Part shown: piece by piece, positions 1-11,493 of the stretch
Layout: the number at the start of each line of letters is the position of its first letter
Numbering within the stretch: position 1 is the first letter of the stretch
Assembly: GCA_052426225.1 (NCBI GenBank)
Contig: JBNJNM010000010.1
Location: 124,001 to 188,000, forward strand
Direction: 5' to 3'
Origin: Zancudomyces culisetae HAW-14-8
Taxonomy: Eukaryota > Fungi > Kickxellomycota
Length of the DNA stretch: 64,000 nucleotides
Program-made: the position numbers and the translations under genes
The notes under the pieces: generated by a model
Database searches by the model: none
What the model saw: only the letters and a program-made list of their open reading frames with translations
What the model was told of the DNA's origin: nothing

Positions 1-590
1 TTTTTATTTACTAAACACATTTGTAGATGCCAATATCATCTGTTTTAAATAAAACACATCATATGTAACAAGATTGGCCATTACAAGGAATTAGCAATAA
101 AAATACACCCAGCCTAAAAACTAGATGTAAAAAATATCCTTAAGATTGTTGGTGTGCTTATTCGCGTTCAGCCTACATATATGGAGCATGCTGTAATCTA
201 GGACTAATTTTTGTCGAATCATAATTGAGATGTTTTTTAAAATTTCAACTATAACTAATTGCGATAAAAAATTTACGTGGATTAATCGCCCCTTTAAAAA
301 AATGTTGAAGTAAAATAAAAATAAAATAAAACAAAAAATATTCCAAGAGACGGAATAAATAGTAAACGAATATAAGAATCTTGCTCAATCGTCGGAAGCT
401 GTTTGCTAAATACCTGACTTATTGAAACGATATCAGTGCATGAGAAGCTCTTTCTTTGTTTTTGATCAAATGAAAGGCTTAATAGATTTGAAAGCAAATT
501 TATTACAGCATGAGCAGGTAATCTTCACCACTATTTTTGTTTGTAGCTACATTAAGTTTGGTACAAACTCTGAAATAACAGTGTAATTAA

Positions 591-3130
591 ATGAAAAATA
601 AACAATTACATAGTGAAAATAAAGGAAAATTGAACGCAGCTAGCGCTGTATTTGAGCCTAGCTTTAAAACCAAAAATATAAATACTAAAAGCGAAGCCAC
701 AAAGACCAAAGAAGCTGCAATAGGAGAAAGATTTGCCGCACTTTCTATTGCTCCATCCTCAAGAGAGGCCGCTATAACCGAATCTCAACCAAAGAGTAGG
801 TGCATTTATTTTTTTATATTGTATAAATGTTGTATTTTCAGCGTTTAAAGTTGCTAATGGAATCATATTTACATGTCTTTAGGTGTCGATAATAGGTATG
901 GCGACAGTATGTAAAACCAGACATAAATACTTGTGATACACAATCAAGTTATTTTTGAAGGGAGATGATTTACTCACTTCAGAGAAATGAATATAGAAAA
1001 ACGATTGGATTTATTTTATACCAAAAGGAGGATGTACTCAATGATACAATCATAGAAAACATTTTTTAAAATTAGAAACAAGTATCCGAACGAAATGGTT
1101 AATTTTTCGGCCGGAATGCAGGTCAGAAGGGATGTAGGACAAGAAAAAATATCCAAGGTAATCAGCGGCTATTTATTTATTTATGTATAGTATTATTTAC
1201 GTTGTAATTATTTACTATAAATATTCAAAGCTTAGTACAAATGGTGTTCAACGCCTACCCATTAACTAATATAGGAAAATAGCTATATCCCACGATTGGA
1301 AACGTCTGACACAAAAGTACTGGAACTATTTATCTTCTCTATAAAATATCTTATTTTTTTATACAGCTATCTTTTTTCTTTGTGGCGAAAGGTAGAGTTG
1401 AGTAGGAACACAAATTAACTAATGGGCGTGAACCGTTTACTTAGAAGTTGAAGACATACGAGAGAAGAATTGACGATTTTTTCATGAATAAAGGACTCCG
1501 GGATCGATTGAAAATGGAAAGTATAGGGAGAAATAGCTTTCGAGGTTAGTAAAGTCACAGGTTTACTTTTTTATTGATTTTTTGAAACATTTAACGACCG
1601 ATTAGTAGTTGGAAGGCAGGTTAATTTTTATAACTTTAAATATTCATTAACTAAAATATATATCGAAACAATTATAGATGATACTTCACCGAGAACTATC
1701 CATCATTACACATCACTAACACCGATAGATCCACCAGGACCCAACTACGGATTACAGGGGCACATGTTGAAAGCTACCTTTTATAAGGCGTTTTCTAGTG
1801 TCGATGGAAAAACATACTGTATTCATAGAGTCCACGGTAAGTCCATGTTTGTAATTCTAACTTATATAACCAACTGACAAGGATTTTAATTAAACACTAT
1901 AGATTGTAGATCGATTACAGCAAATTCACTGAGTATAATAAAGACACTAGTTGGAATTCAACATCCAAGTATCGTTAGAATACGCGAAGCATTTACCACC
2001 TACGCATTTGGGGATAGCTGTAAGCACTTTACGCGCTTCTTGATATATAGATTTATATGCATTTACTTGTTTACGTGTGTATAACATTTTTTTAAATGCG
2101 AAAAAAATAACGAAAACATAATATACAAATAGCATTGTGTCTTGTGTACGACTATTACCCATGCTCTACCAATTTGGGATATGACCTATACGTTGGAGGA
2201 CCTTTCAGCATGGGAGAAGCGCAAGCTTGGTGTTTAATAATTCAAATATTGTCGGGGTTGAAGGTGATACACCAACATGGTCTTAGTCAATCTATACTTG
2301 ATCCGTATACGGTGTTGCTGATAAATACAAACAGGTTAGTTGATATTCTATTTGGTATTTATACGACATTGATTAAGTATACCCATATTCAGTATAATTT
2401 TTTTGGAATCCACAAACATCGAATAAAATAAATTAAATTAAATTAAATTAAATTAAATTAAATTAGACTAAAGATTGGGTGGCTAGGGTTAAGCCAAATA
2501 CTTTTTCAACACCCTCCAAAGACAATAAAGACACTTCAAAGACAAGATTTTGCCTCTGTCGGATTTACTTTCCTTTCCATTCTTTCCAGAACCATGAATC
2601 CACAATCATCGCTTGCTGAATGCATGGCCTCTGTTCAGCTAAGCTATTCACTTGAACTGAATCAACTGATATCTATGCTTATTTCTAATAATTCGAGAGT
2701 TAATGTTGATATGATACTCGCCACTTACAGCCATAGACTACTTGCAGAGTACGATTTGTCTCTCAACAGATTGGATGAAATGGAAGCAAATTTATCCTTG
2801 GAGTTGGAAAACGGAAGGCTATTTAGAATAATTTCCAAGCTAAATTTTATAATTGGCAGACCTGGCTTGAAATCCGATAACAAATGGTCTGAAACGGGTG
2901 AACGTTATATTATTAGTTTGTTCTTTGGGCATATCTTTCACCAAGTTGAGGCAGATTTGAAACCTGTCGTAGATATCGCTCATGTTGTAATGAATCTAAA
3001 TAAGCTAGATGCTGGATCTACAGAGCACATTCTATTAACTTCTGGTGATGAAAAAACGTGCCTTGTTGTCACCTATAAGTACATTAAGGAATGTGTCGAA
3101 GCTGCTTTTAACGAATTAGTAAACTCCTAA
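591..3130 (+). CDS. PAN3: PAN2-PAN3 deadenylase complex subunit PAN3 (multi-exon pseudokinase)
   Basis: N-terminal PAM2-like motif KLNAASAVFEP. Spliced pseudokinase exons (HPSIVRIREAFTT, LVYDYYPCS). C-terminal knob signature ELENGRLFRIISKLNFI..RP..WSETGERY..FHQV..LNKLDAG. The middle 5' exon boundaries (about 800-1550) are uncertain. Confidence 0.93.
2430..2465 (+). repeat. (AATTA)n pentanucleotide microsatellite at the 3' end of a PAN3 intron
   Basis: About 7 copies of AATTA running directly into the acceptor AG at about 2465-2466. Confidence 0.9.
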
Positions 3131-5599
3131 CCATCACAGGTCTGTTCCTTTTTTAAATTTTAAATTTTTTAACTGTGCTGTGGTGGTACAATGGTAATAG
3201 TTTTGAACGTTTAGGTTGAACAGCCATTGTTTTCAGGAGGAGGAGGAGGAAGAGGAGGGAAATAGTCTTTACAAAACAAAACAAAAAAGTGATAAATAAA
3301 CTCTTAAACTATACTTTCTTGTCAGCTCCTTCAAGTTTCACACTTTTTTAAATGTGCTTTCTTTGTAACAATGGGTGGATCTATACATTACAACTATTTT
3401 AAACACAAGCTGCGCTTAATTTGAGGGGGCAGTGAGACATGATTTTGCATTATGACATTTTACATATGAAAAGGGGGGGGGTGAGAGTGGAAAAGAACAT
3501 AAGTATGGTTTACTCTAAAGTCATGTGCTATTTTTAAATTTTGAGAATGTACAAACAAGTCATCATATAATTAAATAAGTAGTTTTAAATGCCAAACGCA
3601 AAGTGAAAAGCGAAAAATACAAACTAATATCTGCTACTGCTATATTATAAGATTGATTTTATACAATGAAATATAAATTTTAACAATCATAGGAATACCT
3701 ATTACATATTTAATTCATTTAATCTGAACCTGCAAATAACATTCAAGGATAAATAAATAAATAAAAGTCGACAGCCTGGTATTCGATATCAATATAGGCT
3801 AAACCATCCTATGCATTCTAGAGGCCTAGCCACTATATGCAGCCAGTGTAACAAGTAGTGCTTAAATTATTAGCCAATGCCAACTTCAATCTACCCGGAA
3901 AATTCTGCACCTTAATCTGTTTTATTTTTCAAAGATGAATTTGTTTAATAAATATCACAAAATCAGCACTTTATTTGACCTGAAAACCAACACCATTGGT
4001 AAGAACCAACCCAGCTAATAAAAACTTTTAGCCTGCTCTATACTTTGTTCTTGCTCTACTTTAAATAGACTACAAAGAAGAGTGTCAGCTAATAGTGAAA
4101 AAGACACCTCTTCTATCTATAGACCCGAATTCCAATAGTTACTATCATAAATTTTGGTCTAAACAAAATAGATTGTAACAATTTGAAAGTCATTATTTGC
4201 ACTGGTTAGCTTGTTTCCATAAACAAACAATGCTACATAAATCCATGAATATCCTGCTTACCACCTTGGTAGACAGGTAATTGTTAGGAGTGCTGAATTT
4301 GGATTCAAATGTAGTTTCAATTATACTTTATAGAACAATTCTAGAAAATCATCAAACAGCATAGTGGGTGATGACGCAGAACATTTCCATGGACCCGACT
4401 TCAATTAAAATAAAAGAACCTTAGTCTATGAGTAAAATCATTGCCTTTATTATGTATTAAACTTGGATATTTGTTGATTGGTCACTTTTAAGTTTTGTAT
4501 AATTATAAAAACCGAAGGCGTATTACTTGCAACACTATACACTCTAGACCCCCTTTATAAATACAACCAGCAATAAATCTACACACCCCTCCCTCCCCCT
4601 ACACACATACACACATACATACACACACCCTCTCGTCAAGAAAAAAAAGGTTAAAGGTTTTTGTATCAGCTGAAAGTATCATTGAAGTATTTTCATAACC
4701 ATTTCATATTAACAATTAATAAAAGGCGAATAAAGAGTTATCTTTGTACTGACTTTAGCTTACTTTAAATCTGCTCCAGAATATTGTGGCCTACCAACAA
4801 TTATGCTGTTCACTAGTATAATACTATAGGTCAGTTATACTAAAACAATTGAGGTTTTATATTAATAAAATCACTGTACTTACGAGAATTCTGTTGCGTA
4901 ACATTCTTCATTTGTTTAAACTTTATCATTGTCATAAAAAATTGCTCAACTTGAGTACTACTTGATAGTGAACAAAAAGGCTAGATAAGGCGGGGAAAAA
5001 GCAACTTTACTGAACAAATATTTAGCTAATAACGATGTACATCGGCTGCCACTTTGGATAAAAAAAAATTTTCCATGCGGGGTTAACCAAAGCATTATTC
5101 ATTATCTAGTGCAGTTAGTCACTCATCTGTTCTTTAACAGAGATTTCTATTATGTACTTCATTCATCGGCATGAGTTGTAGCGAACAAAGTCCGATTATG
5201 TAAATGTCCACATTTACACAAATGTTTTAATGCTTTTAATTGGGAAATAGTCTAAAATGATATCACATTCAGATTCTCAATCAGGATACGTTTGAATGTT
5301 ATGAAACTTGATTGACAAGATTTAGTCAAATACTTGTTTCATAACACAAGCGACTTGGTAAATCGAAACAATAGGGAAGAATTGAGATATTAATTATTTG
5401 CTTTTCATTTGCAAACAATACAAAAAAACTAAACTGGGCATGTTTACCAATAAACGAGAGTTGAAAACGACTTCAAAATAAGTACCGATTGGGATGTTTA
5501 ATTAAGAATGTAAGAGCATTTGCAGGTAGATGGTATTCACCAATAACCTTTTAGATATGATGTGTTTTAATTAGTGTAATGTAAACAACTGCACTTAAA

Positions 5600-5790
5600 A
5601 TTAGCAAAACAAGGCTTTATTACTGTTAATAGGAAGCCGTTCTTCGGAGAATAATATAAAATGTGAATGGAAATGCGACAAGGCCTAGAAGCCTTGTAAA
5701 TTCAAAAGTGCCGAAAGTAACCCTCTTCTCATATTTCCCAGACTTATGTACCTTTGTATGCCGCTCCCACGACACACACCAAAAATGCTG
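5600..5790 (+). mobile_element. Possible highly degenerate Ty3/Gypsy RT-RNase H connection fragment
   Basis: Mixed-frame translation EWKCDKA*..K..NPLLIFP(D)..FV resembles the W..C..AF..LK....PLL..PD...F motif of LTR-retrotransposon pol. It contains stops and frameshifts. Confidence 0.3.
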
Positions 5791-8700
5791 GTTTCTAGGT
5801 CTGATTTTTTTTACATGCCTTCCTATTTTTGTGATAGAGTTTGCACCCTCTCTCCTACGTTATTAATATGTTTAGTCACTAGATCACTCCAAAAATGTCA
5901 AGTAGACTTAATGTTCATGAGTTGCAGTTCTAAAAGCAACTATAGTCACGAGACACATCTTGCCAAAGTACACTGGAAAACCCGTTTATGAATATGGCAA
6001 TCCTGATGTCTGAGGTATATGCTTTGAATTATTTCGCGTTTTGGTTATTTAAAAATTGTGTAGGACAGTCTTTTAAGGAATACAGAGTGGAACAAAAGTA
6101 AATTCTTTGGAGAAAACAAAGTTGAGTATAGCCTAATTTCACAACTTGTGTTAGGTACAAGAATACTGTTAGGACCAATAGCTGTCTCAGTGGTTTCGGC
6201 TGAATATCTGCCTACATTTCTTTCTGTTTTGTATGGATCCAGTGATGTCACTTATTAACAAAATTTTCCAATTTAAGACAGATATCTCAAAAATAACGCA
6301 AATTTAAGTAAAATACAAAATCGAGTACAACATTGCTAGCGGTATCTGAGCTATTAATTTAGCCAACTGCAGCATATTTGATGTAAAGGAGTAGAAGAAA
6401 ATGAAAAATAAAGTGAAAATAAAGGGGAGAACAAGACAAAATAAATTCATTGCATTTACTATTACTTTTTTGGGATTTTCCAAAATATTATATTTCCAAA
6501 ATAAAATTTTGTCATTGTTTTTGTGCGCAAAACAACTTGATATTATTTTTTGCCAATATAGCTTATCCAAGCACAAAAAAAGCGGATTTTGTGTAATTTA
6601 TCATTATTTGTGCGAATTATCGATATAGATGACGAATGCTATAAAGATAGGTTCAAAGCCTCTTTCTGCCAATCTAATGCCAAACGCTTGTGTTTCATTT
6701 TCAGTTACTACTTACCTATTATTTTCTATTGGATCTTCATTACTATAATTATGTAAACGTATGCAGATTTTTAAAATCTTAAAACATGGTGTGGGAAGTG
6801 AAAAATGGGTAAATTAAATTGACAAACACTACCAAAAAATTTTATAAATCTCGGCTAAAAACGATGCTTCTTGTGTATTGTTGTAAGTTCAGTGATAACT
6901 CTGCCGTATCCGCCTTTAATGGGTGAGAGAATGTAAGAATATAGGAGCAACCCATTTTAAATTTCTTTTTTCGGAGGATATCTCGCACCTATTGAATGAA
7001 TTCAAAATGAAAATAATCCACACTATGGCTGTGGCTAAAAATAAAATCGAGAATAACGTCTATGGCTCAATTGTGTGGAGTGTTTTGATTACTAAATTCT
7101 AATCTAGCTGCGTATCGCTTTAAATTGATATCACCATAACAGTGGCTTTATCTTTTGAGTGTTTCATGTGAACGCAGCAGGTACCTTTTGAAAAAGTTTT
7201 CGATTGTAGAAAGCCCTGAGGTGAGAGGATATTTCACGACTATTTTCTGTTTTATTTTGCAAAAAATATATTGGATTAACTAGCATTGTTACAAGAACAC
7301 GTTTACTAACATTCGTAGTTTAATAGAAAAGTATACGCGAATTTATAAACCATGTTGATAATTTTGATGCTATCTGACATAAATGCCCTTTTGTGGATGA
7401 AAATACAGTTGCAGAGTGACCCTATATACTTACGGATAAAAAAGTTATCGCAACCAAATTTAAATTGTTGTTTTTTTTGAGCAAATCGAAACTTTGAACA
7501 TAAATCTCCATGTATATTGCTTTTACTAAAATAAAATAAAACAATTAAAGTGCGGTTTTAAGCCCAAGAACTTAAAGCAGTAATGATGATCCCCAACTAC
7601 CGACAGAGGCAACTAGGCAGTTTGACTCTATTTCTGCTCAACCATTGACTTTTTTTTCCACCTACCATGTTTCTGCCTATAATATCTTTACTTTTATATT
7701 TAAAACCGTTCTTTTAGTTTTAGATAAAACTAATTTTTTGTATGTACAAACAACCATTAGAGTTCAACAAAAGCTTATAATGGTAATTGAAAAATAATGG
7801 ATGTAACACTTGTATAAGCCCATACTTTTCAGCATATTATAGGAAAGTACAAAAACCACAAGGTTATAAAACCATTTCACCAATGGAACCATCGTAATAA
7901 AACGCATCTCTTTCCCTCTTTGTTGGGGTTTTTGTAATTTAACCTGTTTCTCTTTCCAATCTTAAAGTAAACTTAATAAGATTATTAATTTCAAATATCC
8001 ATCGTGTCTTCCAAATAAAAACGTAAACCTTTATTTAAGTACATGTTTATGGTAAAACGGTATAAAAGTGCAAGTTTTTTAAACACGTGGGGAAAGGCTT
8101 GCTTCAGATAGTAAACTTCATAATAGTATGTGTATAGGTCCTAGCTGTACATTCGATTATAGGTGGGCGTTTTTTTTAATTTATTCTTTATTGGTATGTT
8201 GGGGTATCAGAATGCATATTGATTTGGTAATCCACTTTTCTACCATGTTTCTATATGTACACATATTTAAACCACAATTCTAAATCTTGCAGAGATTTGA
8301 GGAGAGGGTACCATACTTTTGTAGATAACAAATTTATTAATAATTGGTTTAATACCAGGTTGGGTTACCAAAAAATGCAATCTGAATAGAAAAAAGCTCG
8401 TATGATGTTATTGCGTGACAACACCTTTAGGTTACTTTTTTTTCACCAAGTTCGGTGCCCACTATTCTTTTTTCTTTGGTATTCGCCACAAATAGGTGTT
8501 TTTTATCTTGAAAAGGGAAACAGCGGTATCTTTTTTTTTAATCCTTCAGGTTTATATACTGATCATGGCGGAACAGCCTGCAAACATGTAAGAATTTAGA
8601 TTTTCTTTCCACCATGTAAACGATGAACTAATTAGTGATGAAATAAACACATCATTGATTTTAAAGACACTACTTGACCATTTACTTTAGAATATTCGTT

Positions 8701-8911
8701 GGTTTGGTCCATTTTGCTTTTTCTTGGATTCATTTCTAATTACCATAGATTGATAATTGTCTTTTGGAAAATGATAAATAGGTTCTGTGAATTGCATTAC
8801 GTAAAAGTAAATCAATTTAAGAGCAACACTTGGATTGATCTTTAATTAAAATAAAAAGTTGTCACATAAGGAAAAACCACAAGCATATACATGAAAACAT
8901 GTACAGTCATT

Positions 8912-9031
8912 CATTTACGCCTATTTACACCCATTTCCGACTATCTACACCTATTTCCACCCATCTATACTCATTTCCGACTATCTATACTCATTTCCAC
9001 TCACTTGTACCCACTTTCATTTATCCATATC
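8912..9031 (+). repeat. Degenerate 10-bp-period minisatellite (consensus about YATYTMCACY, 12 units)
   Basis: catttacgcc/tatttacacc/catttccgac/tatctacacc/tatttccacc/catctatact/catttccgac/tatctatact/catttccact/cacttgtacc... Confidence 0.85.
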
Positions 9032-11493
9032 CACACATGTAACTACACTCTCCCATGCTTTCTGCGAGTACAAAAGTTATCACAGGTATGATGATAAGGA
9101 TGAGCACGTAAACATAAAACTAAACATAAAAAATTATACACACAAGCGTGCAAGTCATGAATACTGACGAGTATTTCATGAGATGCATCTGAGAATTGTA
9201 TAGCCAATATTTTGAGACGCATTAAAAGACACTTTTATGGATGTCCAAAAGTAAACAATCAGTTTTTGAATACAAATTACCCTTCCTCTCCTTCCTCTCC
9301 TCCCTTCATCTACTTTATCTTTTTTTTTTCCCTCTTGTTGCTATTCCAATATTTCCGAATTACTGTTTTTAATAGTCTATCAAACACTTGAGAAATTAAA
9401 TGAAGTTGAGGAATTCGAGTAATTGTTATTTGAAATGGTGGGATTGTTTCTGAATTGGACATTAGATGGTCATTGGCTTTTGAGTGAATATTAAATAATT
9501 ACAGATAGTAAAGAGATGGGAAAAATAAATATTGACAGATTGTTAGCAAATAGTCGCTAATTATACTTTGGATTTTTAGTTTTAAGTATAATTCCAATAC
9601 CAGCAATTAGAAACAATCAAAGCAATGGAAATTGGATTACCAAAGAAAGTTCCTCCAAAAATCGGTACATTTCATTTATTTCGTCAACAATGCGTTTAGT
9701 TGTGGAAAGCCTGAGCAAAAAAAACAAAAAAAAATTTTTTTTTACCCGCCTCACCGATGTTTTGTATTTTAGTTCTATAAATTAGTAACACATTAATTAT
9801 CTTTCGCTAGTCATAAATATGAAAGAATGTCAAACAAGAGAAGGGGGTCATATAATTATTTTTTTACTCCTGTGGTTGTAAGATCTAGTAAGAAACCGTT
9901 GAATAAACTAAAGATTGGTACCAACAAAATCCTATGTTTGTTTAGATAGTTTTATTAAATTTTTTTAGTTTTATATTTTTGCATTAAGTAATTGACGCTA
10001 ATATTGCCTGAATCTTGTTTCTGCCTGCAATTTGTTCAGGATATTAATTATTTTGTTCTTTTTTTCTAAAATCGAAATTATGTGGGTAGAAAATAAAACC
10101 GAAAAATTCAAACTTCTAGGATAGAAGCATTGTTTAGTTCTCACTATCTCTTAAATTGGAAACAAAAAAAAATTCAAATAGGGTTTTGCGAAAAAAAAAA
10201 GATGTTTTCTTGCTATTAATCACGGTGCAAAGGGATTCATAAAGACTAAAAGGCAATTTAAAAATTCACCATGTAATAGTATTAAATTCTATATCTGTTC
10301 GCATAAGATGGACAGGAGATAAAAAGCAACATGCGAAAATTTCCATTGTTATTTAGTTGGATAATACAAAGAAAATTTTTTTTTTTTGGTTTATACAATA
10401 CCATAAATATTAGTTTTTGGTGAGATTTAACTTCATACCAAACCAAAGTAAATGCAGCCTTTTTCCCCCCTATTTTATAATAAAGATATCCCAATAACTT
10501 GGGCACTCTTCTTTATAAAAAAAATCCACCTGTAAAAACGTATCTGCACCAATTTTGTCCGTAATGCTGCATTCGCTTTGAGCAGGAAATACGTTAAAAT
10601 TGCGAGAATTTACTCAAAAAATTGATTTTGGTTAATTCTCAGTACCAGTAGAAAATAAAAGATTGGGATGTTTACATTATCACCAAATAATCGTGGAAAG
10701 AGGACATATGTAAATATAGGACATAAAATAATATAAATCAACTGGAATAGAACCTAGTTGTTTTATTTTTTTCTAGTCTAGCTTTTTCATAACAACAGAA
10801 CAAAATAGCTGTTTTTTTATATATTCTGCTAAAAAATAAGAGTATAAAGGCGTATTAATTCAGCTGTAAAGCAATATATTTAAAAGACTTTCAAAAGTTT
10901 ATGGTACATTTCTATATATGCTTATACGTTTGTACGTATTTCGAAAGCTAAAAAAAATAGAATATGGTTATAAACATTTGTTGAGTGAAAAAATTACAAG
11001 AAGCCTAACCGAAACTGATAAACAAGGGTAATACCAAATATTAGACGACCAACAAACAAAAAAGAAATACAAGGAAAAAGAGAAAAAAAAAGAAAAAGAA
11101 AAAGAGAACAAGGAACAACACGCAATTACTGTATTAGAGCACCGAATCAAGATACGTAATACCAAAAGAGAAAAGATTATAAATTTATTGAACGGTACAA
11201 AACCAACGCATCAAAACTTCTTATTGATTCTTTATTGTTGCTTTTCTGACAATAGTATTTTGGAGTAACAATCTCGATTTCCATAAACATATACTGATTT
11301 AGTAGGTCAAAAGGAGGATTACCCTTTTTTTCTAAGAAAAAAAAACATCAAAAATAACTACATAAGCAGCTAGTATTTAACTGAGCGGTACAGCCGTGAA
11401 AAGCTAAATAGAAAAAAAAATACGGGTGAAAAGATAATATTAATTGCATACCAACGCGCTGGAGCGAAAAAATATTTTAAAAGAATACAGTTA

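Noticed and set aside
7582-7650. Possible C/D snoRNA (ATGATGA followed by CCCCAACTA, resembling antisense to SSU rRNA)
   Set aside because: No canonical terminal CTGA box or stem; the short match could be chance
8912-9031. CRISPR-like array
   Set aside because: Contiguous tandem units without unique spacers, in a eukaryotic context
9087-9168. ATGATGA...CTGA spacing resembling a C/D snoRNA (similar case at 24260-24338)
   Set aside because: No recognisable rRNA guide or terminal stem; such boxes are frequent in AT-rich DNA
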